Assembly (NCBI GenBank): GCA_965242965.1
Contig: OZ251518.1
Location: forward strand, 672,001-736,000
DNA: 64,000 nt
Source: Candidatus Poribacteria bacterium
Lineage (GTDB): Bacteria; Poribacteria; WGA-4E; WGA-3G
Direction of reading: 5' to 3'
Position 1 is the stretch's first letter; every line of letters begins with the position of its first letter. Made by a program: the position numbers and the translations under genes. The notes beneath the pieces are model-generated. The model was not told the origin of the DNA, searched no databases, and saw only the letters and a list, made by a program, of their open reading frames with translations. Below, piece after piece: positions 1-9,228 of this stretch.

Positions 1-265
1 GAAAATAGCGGTTTTGTCCGCAAAGGGCGGTGCGGGCAAGACAACCGTCTCAATCAACCTCGCTGTCTCTGCAGAACACGCGGGACACGCGACCGTCCTC
101 ATCGATTTGGACCCGCAGGCCAGTGCCTGTCGCTGGCCGGACGTTCGAGAAGACGACACGCCCGCTGTCGTGTCGGCGCACGCGGCGCGGCTACCGCAAC
201 TGCTTCCGGACAGCGAACGTGCCCTCAAACGCAGCGGCGACGTTCCGAATGTCATCGTGATTTAA
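1..265 (+). pseudogene. Truncated ParA-family ATPase (N-terminal fragment; start codon at or just before the window edge)
   Basis: KIAVLSAKGGAGKTT deviant Walker A and VLIDLDPQAS motif; stop after about 88 codons versus about 200 aa expected. Confidence 0.75.
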
Positions 266-357
266 GGGACAAGCACCTTTCATGGCAAGAGTCCTACATG
301 CGGAGTTACCAGCATCGCGGTGCCCTGTGTCTCCGGCGCGGGCGCGCAATTATTGTG

Positions 358-1095
358 CTATCTGGAGAAGTTCATCTTCCGCTGGAAGTCTCCACCCTCA
401 AAGGGACTTTTCTCTGTCACCTCTCCGGTTCTCAAGTTCATCCACCCGATAATCTTGCCGCTTTTCGTTCTCGCAGGCTTAAACACTTCACCGGTGGCGG
501 TATTTGTTACCGTGTCGTCTGCCGCGGTCTGCCGCTTGGGAGTAGCATCCTGCTGTTTCACGGCTTTCATGGCAGCCTTGACGATATTCGGTGGCACGAC
601 AGCTTTGAGGGCGTTCAACTCTGCCTCGGTCTGCTTGAGACGCTTCCCTGCTGCATCAGCCCGAAGCTTCTCTGCAGCAGCTTGCTGTTCTGCCCGCTGC
701 TTTTCGTTTTCGGCGCGCTGAAGAAGAGACTGTCCCTGTGTCTGGCGCGTGTGAAGAGTGGCACCTTGCGCCTCATTTCGCTGCCTTAATGCTCTTGCCT
801 CATCTTCGGCATCGACTGCGCGAAGAACTGCGTTTCGCGCGCTATCCCTTTCAGCGTCGGCTCGTTGACGTTCTTTAGCGATGGCGACCTCGGCGGTGTC
901 AGCGCGTTGTCGTTCCTTCTCGCATTCAGCCACGGCTCGGTTTCGCGCCGCTTGATACCTCTCGGCGGTATCCCTTTCCTTCGCTAATGCTTTCTCTAAC
1001 TGCACCTTCTCATCAAGACTCTCGCGCTTGGCGGCGTTGGAAAGATACCATCCCACGCCGAGAACTAGACAGAGAATGATGACGACGATTTCCAT
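358..1095 (-). CDS. Membrane-anchored coiled-coil protein of unknown function
   Basis: AAAGGAG SD, N-terminal TM (IVVIILCLVLGVGWYL), Ala/Glu/Arg-rich coiled coil with repeated KERQRAD. Confidence 0.75.
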   Translation of the reverse strand: MEIVVIILCLVLGVGWYLSNAAKRESLDEKVQLEKALAKERDTAERYQAARNRAVAECEKERQRADTAEVAIAKERQRADAERDSARNAVLRAVDAEDEARALRQRNEAQGATLHTRQTQGQSLLQRAENEKQRAEQQAAAEKLRADAAGKRLKQTEAELNALKAVVPPNIVKAAMKAVKQQDATPKRQTAADDTVTNTATGEVFKPARTKSGKIIGWMNLRTGEVTEKSPFEGGDFQRKMNFSR

Positions 1096-1551
1096 GCGTA
1101 TTCTCCTTTGTTCGGTGAGGCAGAGGGCAGCGCTGCACTGCCGCTAGTGGGCTTCTCGGTTCGCCCTAAAAAAACAAGGCTACTGCCCCTTGGTGCCCCG
1201 ATGGCTCAATGCGCGAAAGGGTTTGATGTGCACACTGCACGCTATTGATGCCGCCGCGGGACCGAATCCGTTTCGCATCCGCCTAATCTTTATACCTATG
1301 CAGTCTACCACAAATCCACGGAAATGTCAACTCTTCCTGAATGTTTTTTCAGCGACTTTGCAGGGAAGTCTGTCCCTGGCTCGACATGCACTACTGCTAC
1401 TGGGTACTCCGTTCCATCTTGCGACAGAGCATCCACTGGTAGATATTTTTAGGATTGCGGCATCATATTTGATGATTTTGTTTTGGGGTGGGTGAGGATA
1501 AGGCGATATTTCTTCCGGTGAAGAGGGTTTTTCCGGTTCCGATGCGCGATG

Positions 1552-2066
1552 CATTGAGACTAGGAGGTCTCTCCTACAAGGGGAGCATCGGGCCTTCCTC
1601 GCTCTGTAGTTTGCGATCGCCTGATCGCAAACGGAGCATCGAGACTAGGAGGTCTCTCCTACCAATCGAGCCCCACTCTGTAGGTCAAGATCGCCTGCTC
1701 TTGACCCGTTCGGGATCGCCCGATCCCGAACTATGGTCTCTCTTCACCGTAGCGCGGGGGCCTGTCCCCCGCGATCGTTGCATGGCGAGGGACAGGCCCT
1801 CGCCCTACGGTAACCCGGAGCGTTTTTTCCGTCGATCTGTTCGGGAGCAGGTGCTCCCGAACTACGGTCTTTTCCAAGGTCCAAGCACGGCGAGGGACAG
1901 GCCCTCGCCCTACGGTAACCCGGGCCGTTTTTTTTCGTAGCGCGGGGGCCTGTCCCCCGCGAGTGTTGCATGGCGAGGGACAGGCCCTCGCCCTACGGTA
2001 AGATGGGGCGTTTTTTTTCGTAGCGCGGGGGACAGGCCCCCGCGAGCGGTGCATGGCGAGGGACAG
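1552..2066. repeat. REP-like palindrome mosaic
   Basis: Multiple GTAGGGCGAGGGCCTGTCCCTCGCC / GTAGCGCGGGGGCCTGTCCCCCGCG units plus GAGACTAGGAGGTCTCTCCTAC and GTAGGTCAAGATCGCCTG.TCTTGACC units. Confidence 0.9.
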
Positions 2067-2074
2067 AGGACAAA

Positions 2075-3004
2075 CTACTGATGCTGCGCGTTGCACAACA
2101 AATTCCCTGCCCGCGCGCACGCCACCTGCTCCAACTGAAGCGTCGTATGGCCAATGCCGAAATGCGTTTGCAATTCGACGTTGATTTGCTCCAGAATCCG
2201 ATCGTGTGCTAAAACGGTGTTTTCGTTTACCACAATATGCGCGCTCAAGGCAGAATAGTTGGAGCAGAGGGACCAGATGTGCATGTCGTGCACGTCTTTC
2301 ACGGGGTCTAAGCGGCGGAGATGCTCGGCGACGGTGTGCGCATCCGCATTCCGTGGCGAGTTTTCAAGCAGGATATGCACCGCCTCTTTTGTAACGTTCA
2401 CCGCGCTGACGAGGATAATCCCGCCGATGAGGAAACTGAGGATGGCATCGACAGGATACCAACCTGTCCAATAGATAATCGCGCCGCCGATGACGACACC
2501 TACCGACGAAAGCGTATCGCCGATGACATGCAACACCGCGCTGCGGACGTTGAGGTTGCCGTGGCTCTCTCCATGCAACTGCCACAAGATAATCAGGTTC
2601 GCTACGAAGCCGAGGCACGCCACAATCAGCATCCCACTGACTTTAATCGGCATCGGTTCCATATAGCGATGATACGCCTCATAGAAAATCCATCCGGAAA
2701 TCCCGATCAGCGATACGCCGTTAAGCAACGCGGCGAAGACCTCGGCACGGTGATAACCGTAAGTCCGCAACGCCGTCGCGGGGCGCGTGGATAGATAGAT
2801 GGCGAACCAGCTGATGAGCAGCGACAGCACGTCTGACAGCACATGCGCCGCGTCGCTCAGCAACGCTAAACTGCCAGACCAGATACCGCCGATGACTTCG
2901 CCCAAAAAGACGATAAATGTGACCAGCACGGCAAGCTTGAATTTCTTTTGTAGGTGCGTCTGGTGGCTATGTTCGTGAAGGTTTTCGTGATGATGGCTAT
3001 GCAC
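2075..3004 (-). CDS. Cation diffusion facilitator (CzcD/ZitB-like Zn/Co/Cd efflux)
   Basis: His-rich N-terminus, SLALLSDAAH, TYGYHRAEV, LHVIGD, VHDMHIW motifs. Confidence 0.93.
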   Translation of the reverse strand: MHSHHHENLHEHSHQTHLQKKFKLAVLVTFIVFLGEVIGGIWSGSLALLSDAAHVLSDVLSLLISWFAIYLSTRPATALRTYGYHRAEVFAALLNGVSLIGISGWIFYEAYHRYMEPMPIKVSGMLIVACLGFVANLIILWQLHGESHGNLNVRSAVLHVIGDTLSSVGVVIGGAIIYWTGWYPVDAILSFLIGGIILVSAVNVTKEAVHILLENSPRNADAHTVAEHLRRLDPVKDVHDMHIWSLCSNYSALSAHIVVNENTVLAHDRILEQINVELQTHFGIGHTTLQLEQVACARAGNLLCNAQHQ

Positions 3005-3113
3005 CGTTCCTCCGTTATCCTATGCTGCCGTAGATGCGGAATTTGCGAGAGTTAGGGCAAATTCCCTTTCTCCCGCGCCTGCGCGGGTTCATCTGGGCAA
3101 AGCCGATAGGGTA

Positions 3114-3422
3114 TTAGTCAGCCGCCTTGCTCTCGGATTTGCTGCTGTTACCGCTGTCTGTCTTCTTCTCTTTTTTCTCGGCTTTTTTCTTCGTGCCGCT
3201 AGAAGACTCTTTGTCCTTTTTGGCGGATTCTTTGTAGCCTTCGCTGCGGTAATCGGTGATGTAGAAACCGGAACCTTTGAAGATGAGTCCCGCGCCCGCG
3301 CCGATGAGCCGTTTCACTTCGCCGCCGCAATCCGGACATTCTGTCAGTACCGGCGCGGTTATCCCCTGAAACCGCTCAAATCGGACTTCGCAGGCGAGGC
3401 ATTTATAGTCATACGTTGGCAT
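3114..3422 (-). CDS. FmdB-family zinc-ribbon protein
   Basis: MPTYDYKC..C ... CPDCGG ... FKGSGFYITDY signature. Confidence 0.92.
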   Translation of the reverse strand: MPTYDYKCLACEVRFERFQGITAPVLTECPDCGGEVKRLIGAGAGLIFKGSGFYITDYRSEGYKESAKKDKESSSGTKKKAEKKEKKTDSGNSSKSESKAAD

Positions 3423-3527
3423 ATCGCAGTTGCCTCCATTTCTTTCTTGCGAAAAAAGATAATTTCTGATACATTTTAATCGGTTTAATCAGAATTGTCA
3501 AGACTTTTTTGTAAATAGGAGATTTCC

Positions 3528-4886
3528 ATGTTTCAATGGCGCATTGATGCCGATAGTTTCCCTCTCGGCAAGGGACCGATGGTGATGCTGTTTCTTTTCC
3601 TCATCTCAACGATTTTCATCTTCGCGCGTTCTGAAGAAGGTGGCGAGAAATTGGAATTCTGGATCTTTGCCAACACCCATTTTGAGGAATACCAAGCGCG
3701 CATCCCTATTTTCGAGGCGCAGAACCCCGGTGTCAACGTCCAACTCATCAACTTCGGCGGCACCATGCACGACAAACTCCTTGCCGCCATGCTGTCTAAC
3801 TTCGGCGCGCCAGACCTGGTGGAAGTTGAGATTACTTCCATCGGGCGGTTCCTCAAGGGCGCGATTGACGAAGTCGGGTTCGTCGATCTGCGTCCGAACT
3901 TGGAAAGTGAAGGCTGGATGGAAAAATTAGTCGTCAGCCGGTTCACACCGTGGTCCTACCGTGGACGCATTTACGGCATCCCGCACGATTTACACCCGGT
4001 AATCCTGCTCTACCGCGATGATCTGTTTAAGGCTGCCGGGGTTGATATGACCGAGGTTGAAACGTGGGACGACTTCATTGCGGCAGGCAAAAAAGCGACG
4101 CGCGATGTGGACGGCGATGGCACGGTAGATCAGCACGCTATCGTCTTGGACCGGCGCACCGAAAGCGACTATTTTCCGCTCCTCCTCCAACAGGGCGGCG
4201 GCTTTTTTGACGAAGAAGGTAACGTCATCATCGATAGCGAGCTCGCAATCGAGACGTTAGAATTTTTTGTTTCGCTGTTTAACGAGCATAAAATCGCGAC
4301 ACCTGTCTACGGCACCTGGCACGGCGACCCGAGCAATTTTGCCGCGATGCAGGATGGTAAAATCCTCTCCATTCTCGCCCCAGATTGGTATGTCGGCATC
4401 CTGAAAAGTCAGGTGCCGCAGATGGCGGGTAAATGGCGGGCTGTCCCGATGCCTGCGTGGAAGCCCGGTGGCAGGCGCACCACGACGCGCGGCGGCACGA
4501 TGATAGGCATCACCACGCAGTGCAAAAATCCTGAGCGCGCTTGGGAACTCCTCAAATTTACCTACTTTGACCGGGGAGGGTTAGTCAACCGATATGAAAC
4601 GACGCGGATTATTCCGCCGCTCAAATCGGCATGGGACGCGCCTATCTTCAAAGAACCAGACCTTTATTTAGGGGGACAACCGCTAGGCGCGCTGTTTATT
4701 GAACTAGCACCCGATTTGCCGCCGCGCTATCAGAATCCCTACTGGGCGGAAGGGGCAGACCTGCTGAACGACGCTATCTTCGCCGCTGTCACGGAAAAGC
4801 AGACACCGAGGGAGGCATTGACGGCACTCGCCGAGAAGGTCCGCGCGCTTATCGCGAAGGACCAGGGACGTTGGGGGAATATGTAG
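3528..4886 (+). CDS. Sugar ABC transporter substrate-binding protein
   Basis: APDLV, YGIP, LLYRDDLF, TWDDF, AWELLKF motifs; followed by a permease. Confidence 0.9.
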   Translation: MFQWRIDADSFPLGKGPMVMLFLFLISTIFIFARSEEGGEKLEFWIFANTHFEEYQARIPIFEAQNPGVNVQLINFGGTMHDKLLAAMLSNFGAPDLVEVEITSIGRFLKGAIDEVGFVDLRPNLESEGWMEKLVVSRFTPWSYRGRIYGIPHDLHPVILLYRDDLFKAAGVDMTEVETWDDFIAAGKKATRDVDGDGTVDQHAIVLDRRTESDYFPLLLQQGGGFFDEEGNVIIDSELAIETLEFFVSLFNEHKIATPVYGTWHGDPSNFAAMQDGKILSILAPDWYVGILKSQVPQMAGKWRAVPMPAWKPGGRRTTTRGGTMIGITTQCKNPERAWELLKFTYFDRGGLVNRYETTRIIPPLKSAWDAPIFKEPDLYLGGQPLGALFIELAPDLPPRYQNPYWAEGADLLNDAIFAAVTEKQTPREALTALAEKVRALIAKDQGRWGNM

Positions 4887-4892
4887 GCACCT

Positions 4893-5792
4893 ATGAAAAT
4901 GAAACCGCGTTCATACCGCTTTTGGCATCAGCAGCAGAAAATCGCGCCGTATCTCTTCATCGCCCCGTTTTATCTGCTCTTCGTCTTGTTTATGGGTTAC
5001 CCGCTCATCTCGTCTCTCGTGATGAGTCTTTACGAGATGCGCGGGTTTCAGAGTCGCGTCTTTGTCGGTATCGGCAATTTCACGGATTTGTTCCGCGACC
5101 CGATTTTCTGGAAGTCGCTGCGGAATACCGCCTATTTCGCCATCGGCACGCTCACGCTCCAATTGCCCATCGCGCTATTATTAGCGATGTTGCTCAACTC
5201 CAAGTTCGTCAAGGGGAAGAATGTGTTGCGTCTCGCCTTCTTTGCGCCGGTGTTGGTAGCGGGTGTCTTCGTCGCGATTATCTTCAATCTCGTCTATGAC
5301 CAGCGTGCAGGATTAATTAACAATGAGTTGATTCTTTTCGGGCGCGAAATCGGCTGGCTGAACGAGGAAAACTACGTCATGCCGGCGGTGATTTTAACGG
5401 GCGTTTGGCAGTGGGCAGGCTTCAACATGATTTACTTTTTGGCGGGGTTGCAAGGCATCCGTCAGGAGCTCTATGAAGCGGCAGCCGTAGATGGCGCGAA
5501 TTGGTGGCAGGCGTTCCTTCACGTCACGCTGCCCTCATTGCGGCCGGTGATAGCCTTCGTTTTTGTCGTGTCAATGATAGGTTCGCTGCAACTCTTTGAC
5601 TTGCCTTACATTCTAACGAACGGCGGCGAGCCTGCGGATGCCGGTTCAACTATCGTGATGTATCTCTACAAAAACGGGTTTCAGTTCATGCGTCTCGGCT
5701 ATGCGGCGACGATTGGGTGGGTGCTATTTTTCATTATCGCCGTTATTTCGATTGTCCAATTGAAATTGCTCGGTATCTTCCGAGATGAATAG
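4893..5792 (+). CDS. Carbohydrate ABC transporter permease (MalF-like)
   Basis: EAA loop LYEAAAVDGANWWQAF, multiple TM helices. Confidence 0.93.
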   Translation: MKMKPRSYRFWHQQQKIAPYLFIAPFYLLFVLFMGYPLISSLVMSLYEMRGFQSRVFVGIGNFTDLFRDPIFWKSLRNTAYFAIGTLTLQLPIALLLAMLLNSKFVKGKNVLRLAFFAPVLVAGVFVAIIFNLVYDQRAGLINNELILFGREIGWLNEENYVMPAVILTGVWQWAGFNMIYFLAGLQGIRQELYEAAAVDGANWWQAFLHVTLPSLRPVIAFVFVVSMIGSLQLFDLPYILTNGGEPADAGSTIVMYLYKNGFQFMRLGYAATIGWVLFFIIAVISIVQLKLLGIFRDE

Positions 5793-5843
5793 AGAAATCG
5801 GTAGGCGTGCTTTCAACGCGCGCCGCTTCAAAAGGGAATCAGT

Positions 5844-6554
5844 ATGCTCATTTTACCAGCCATCGACTTGCGCGATGGGAAGTGCGTGAATTTAGTGCAA
5901 GGCATCGCCGAACAGGAGACTATCTTTTCCGACGCGCCGATAGAAATGGCGCGCCAGTGGCAGGAGGAAGGCGCGGCATATCTCCACCTCGTCGATTTAG
6001 ACGGTGCGTTTCAGAGAGAATCGGCGAACTTGCATATCGTCGGCGAAATTGTCTCCGTTTTGGATATTCCTGTCCAACTCGGTGGCGGCATCCGAACGTT
6101 GGAACAGGTGGAAGCCGTGTTGGAACTCGGCGTTCATCGGGCGATTATCGGCACGGCTGCGCTGCAGGATCCGGCTTTGGTGAAACAGGCTTGCGCGCGT
6201 TATGGCGAACGCATCGCTGTCGGCATTGACGCGAAGGACGGCGCGGTTGCTACACACGGATGGCTGGAGGTTTCGCGAAAGTCTGCCGTTGAATTCGCGA
6301 AGGAGATGGCAGCATCAGTTCATACGTTGATTTACACCGATATTAAGAGCGATGGCATGCTCAAGGGCCCCAATGTTGCAGCGACGGCTGATATTGTGAG
6401 CGCGGTGCCAGCCGATGTCATCGCTTCGGGGGGAGTCACGTCGCTTGAGGATATCGTTGCGCTGAAAAAGATTGGTGCTAGTGGAGCGATTGTCGGGCGT
6501 GCTCTGTATACCGGCGCGCTTTCATTGCCGGATGCAATTGCCGCTGCGCGATAA
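5844..6554 (+). CDS. hisA: ProFAR isomerase (histidine biosynthesis)
   Basis: ILPAIDLRDGKCV, LHLVDLDGA, QLGGGIR, YTDIKSDG, VIASGGV, GRALY. Confidence 0.95.
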   Translation: MLILPAIDLRDGKCVNLVQGIAEQETIFSDAPIEMARQWQEEGAAYLHLVDLDGAFQRESANLHIVGEIVSVLDIPVQLGGGIRTLEQVEAVLELGVHRAIIGTAALQDPALVKQACARYGERIAVGIDAKDGAVATHGWLEVSRKSAVEFAKEMAASVHTLIYTDIKSDGMLKGPNVAATADIVSAVPADVIASGGVTSLEDIVALKKIGASGAIVGRALYTGALSLPDAIAAAR

Positions 6555-6706
6555 AAAATAGGACAGACGCAAATGCCATGATTTTCCTGCTTGTCCTGCG
6601 TCTGCGATAAAAAAGTTTGCTTAATGTAAATGTGATGTGATATACTAATGTTAACTTTCATGGGGCGGCATTTGCCAGCCCAAATTTTAAGGAGGAAATT
6701 CACATC

Positions 6707-7465
6707 ATGAAAATGAAACTGTTTCTGTGTGTGCTGTGTCTCGCGTTTTTCGCGGATGGGCTATTGCCCCAAACCGCGCCGGTAGATGAAGCGACACGGC
6801 TCACCCAGGTTGAAATCGCTTTGGAATTCCAGAACAAGCAGCTTGGCAGAATGGAGGGGACGATGGACCGAATTGATGGGCAGATGGATGGTATGCTCAT
6901 GTGGGTAATCGGCTTATTCGTTGGATTCGGCATTGCCGTTTACGCGCTCATCCATCAACTCAGAGCGCAACTCACCGAAATGATGCATACGTTTGGCACC
7001 CACTATGCAGATCTGGTTCTGCGGATGTCACAATTGCAGAGCGATCTGGTGGTGCAAATATCTGAACTGCGGGGCGATGTCAATGGGGTAAAGAGCGATG
7101 TTGCGACGGTGCAGCAGAATCTCACGAAGGTTGAGAGCGATGTCAGTGCCGTGAAATCAGAGTTGCAGGCCGATATCAGTGCCGTGAAATCAGAGTTGCG
7201 GGCCGATGTCAGCGACGTGAAATCAGAGTTGCGGGGCGATATCGGCGACGTGAAAATCAATGTCGGCGGACTCCAAAAGGATGTCGCAATCATCCAGAAG
7301 GATGTCGGCGAACTCAACGAGAAAGTCGATGGCATTGATGCGCACGTGACAGAAGTTGAACGCAGCACCAACGCGCAGCTCACCGACATTCGCGAAACCC
7401 TCGCAAAGCAACAGGAAACCGAAACCGAAACGCCGAAAAAGGAAGCCGATTCCTTGAAAACGTAG
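6707..7465 (+). CDS. Signal peptide + TM + hendecad-repeat coiled-coil protein (DUF1640/MempromCC-like)
   Basis: Signal-like N-terminus, TM MLMWVIGLFVGFGIAVYALI, 11-aa repeats (DVSAVKSELQA) encoded by 33-bp DNA repeats at about 7139-7258. Confidence 0.75.
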   Translation: MKMKLFLCVLCLAFFADGLLPQTAPVDEATRLTQVEIALEFQNKQLGRMEGTMDRIDGQMDGMLMWVIGLFVGFGIAVYALIHQLRAQLTEMMHTFGTHYADLVLRMSQLQSDLVVQISELRGDVNGVKSDVATVQQNLTKVESDVSAVKSELQADISAVKSELRADVSDVKSELRGDIGDVKINVGGLQKDVAIIQKDVGELNEKVDGIDAHVTEVERSTNAQLTDIRETLAKQQETETETPKKEADSLKT

Positions 7466-7519
7466 GGAGAAACTCCCTTGTTTAGAGATGTCTGTAGTTC
7501 GGGCTCAGACGAGCCCGAA

Positions 7520-8680
7520 CTATAGCAGTGAATTGACAACCCCAATCCCGATGCACGAACCCATCTTCTTCATCTCAAACCGCGTGCCGACTTCCATCGC
7601 TAACGGTAAATCAAGCCTCATGGTGACTTGCGCGTCCATGCCCGGTGTGATGATTGAAATATCTGGTGGGAGTCGGAGATGCGTTGGCATGTCAATCCCC
7701 CATAAATGTATTACCAGCCGGTCGTTGTCAATAAGCGGCATGTGCGTGCTGTTCTCCTCGTGTGTTAGGAGATAGACAATCGCCGTAAACGCAGAATGCG
7801 ATTTGATAGTCTTCGGTGTGCAAAGCACCTGTCCCACAGAGAGCCAATCCGGTTCAGCCTCCACGCGCGCTTCATTCTCTTTGATGCCGAGGCACCGCGT
7901 CTTGATTCGTTCCCCTTTGCCGACGACATCGACGGCTTGTCCTACGGCGAGATGCCCTTGGGCAATTTCGCCTCGCGCCGTGACGCTATCGCGCGTCTCT
8001 TCGGTAATCTCATAAATCGGCATGATGAGCGGCAGGTTTGCGCGGTTAATAGGTTCCGGCATGTGCCGATTCATCGCGAAAACCAGATCGACAATTGGCT
8101 TCCACTGCGCCGAGGCAAGTTTGTGGCCTTTGTAAGTTAATGCTTTGCGCGCGTCGCCGACAATGATAGGAGACGTTTCCTCTTCCCATCCGCACTCGCT
8201 TAGCAGTTCACGCATCTCCATCTGACAAATGTCTAGCAGTTCATCGTCTTCCGGAATGCCGCCGGTGTTGAGGAACGGAATCACCGTCGTCAGATGAACG
8301 TGGCTGGCGAGACAGAGCAGTGCTTCAGAGTCCGGCGTGACTCCCTCAACGGCGTTCACCACCCAGAGCGCGCCCTGAATAGCTGGTGAACCGCTCACAA
8401 GCATCTTGACGACATCCTGTTGCGTTTCGCAGTCAATCTGCGTATAAAATTTGCCGCTGGTTTCATAATCAACAGCGCGGTAGGTAATACCGACCCTTTC
8501 ACGAATCGGGTGGCGCATCGGGATTTGTGTATCAAAACTGCCATCGATATCGGTATGAATAGCCCCGATTCTCGCGACAACCTTTGCGATGGCGGCTGTT
8601 AACGTCGTTTTTCCGTGCCCCGGTGCGCCGAGTGTGCAGATAGGCAAGGCGCGGTGCGTGGCGGCTCTTTTCTTGTTCAT
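7520..8680 (-). CDS. Divergent EF-Tu-like protein with degenerate GTPase motifs
   Basis: Colinear with EF-Tu throughout (GHGKTTLTAAI, DDELLDICQMEMRELLS, GQVL, HSAFTAIVYLLTHEE, AMEVGTRF, GIGVV); AAGGAG SD before ATG 8680. Confidence 0.85.
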   Translation of the reverse strand: MNKKRAATHRALPICTLGAPGHGKTTLTAAIAKVVARIGAIHTDIDGSFDTQIPMRHPIRERVGITYRAVDYETSGKFYTQIDCETQQDVVKMLVSGSPAIQGALWVVNAVEGVTPDSEALLCLASHVHLTTVIPFLNTGGIPEDDELLDICQMEMRELLSECGWEEETSPIIVGDARKALTYKGHKLASAQWKPIVDLVFAMNRHMPEPINRANLPLIMPIYEITEETRDSVTARGEIAQGHLAVGQAVDVVGKGERIKTRCLGIKENEARVEAEPDWLSVGQVLCTPKTIKSHSAFTAIVYLLTHEENSTHMPLIDNDRLVIHLWGIDMPTHLRLPPDISIITPGMDAQVTMRLDLPLAMEVGTRFEMKKMGSCIGIGVVNSLL

Positions 8681-8785
8681 CGATTTCTCCTTTTTTCTAT
8701 TTCGCAAGGCATTCGCTGAGGGTTTCTGTTGCGAGCCTGTCTCTCTGCGTAACCTGATATTTTCGGTTTTGGATGCTAATTTATT

Positions 8786-9185
8786 GAGGGTGTTTCATAA
8801 ATCCGTTTGCGCGCTGATAAGCCCCCTTCATCGTAGGGCGAGGGCCTGTCCCTCGCCATGCTTCGCGTACCCCAGACCCTCCCTTCTGTAGGGCAAGAGC
8901 ACCTGCTCTTGACCTGTTTGTGATCAGGCGATCACAAACTACAGACAGGGCGCGATAAGCACCCTCCATCGTAGGGCGAGGGCCTGTCCCTCGCCATGCC
9001 TCGCGCTACGGAAAAACGTCTCTGCAGGTCCGTAGGACCTAAAACGCCCCCGCTTGCCGATGGCCAACGCAGGGGACAGGCCCCCGCGCTACGGAAAAAT
9101 CGAGACCAGGAGGTCTCTCCTACGGTATTGCATCGAGACCAGGAGGTCTCTCCTACCCAAAGAAACGGATTTATGAAACACCCTC
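8786..9185. mobile_element. MITE-like element: 23-bp perfect TIRs, 7-bp TSD, REP cargo
   Basis: GAGGGTGTTTCATAAATCCGTTT ... AAACGGATTTATGAAACACCCTC, flanked on both sides by ATTTATT (8779-8785, 9186-9192). Confidence 0.8.
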
Positions 9186-9228
9186 ATTTATTATAGCAAA
9201 AATTCGCGTATTATGCAATAATAGTCTC

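Noticed and set aside
1488-2120. ORFs with ARGPVPR / RRARACPSP / GEGQALALR peptides (also near 17102, 20701, 28074, 34126, 37732, 60492 and elsewhere)
   Set aside because: They are translations of GC-rich REP mosaics in all frames, with no SD or domain content.
7520-8680. Calling this gene tuf or selB
   Set aside because: G3/G4/G5 motifs are degenerate and there is no SelB C-terminal extension.
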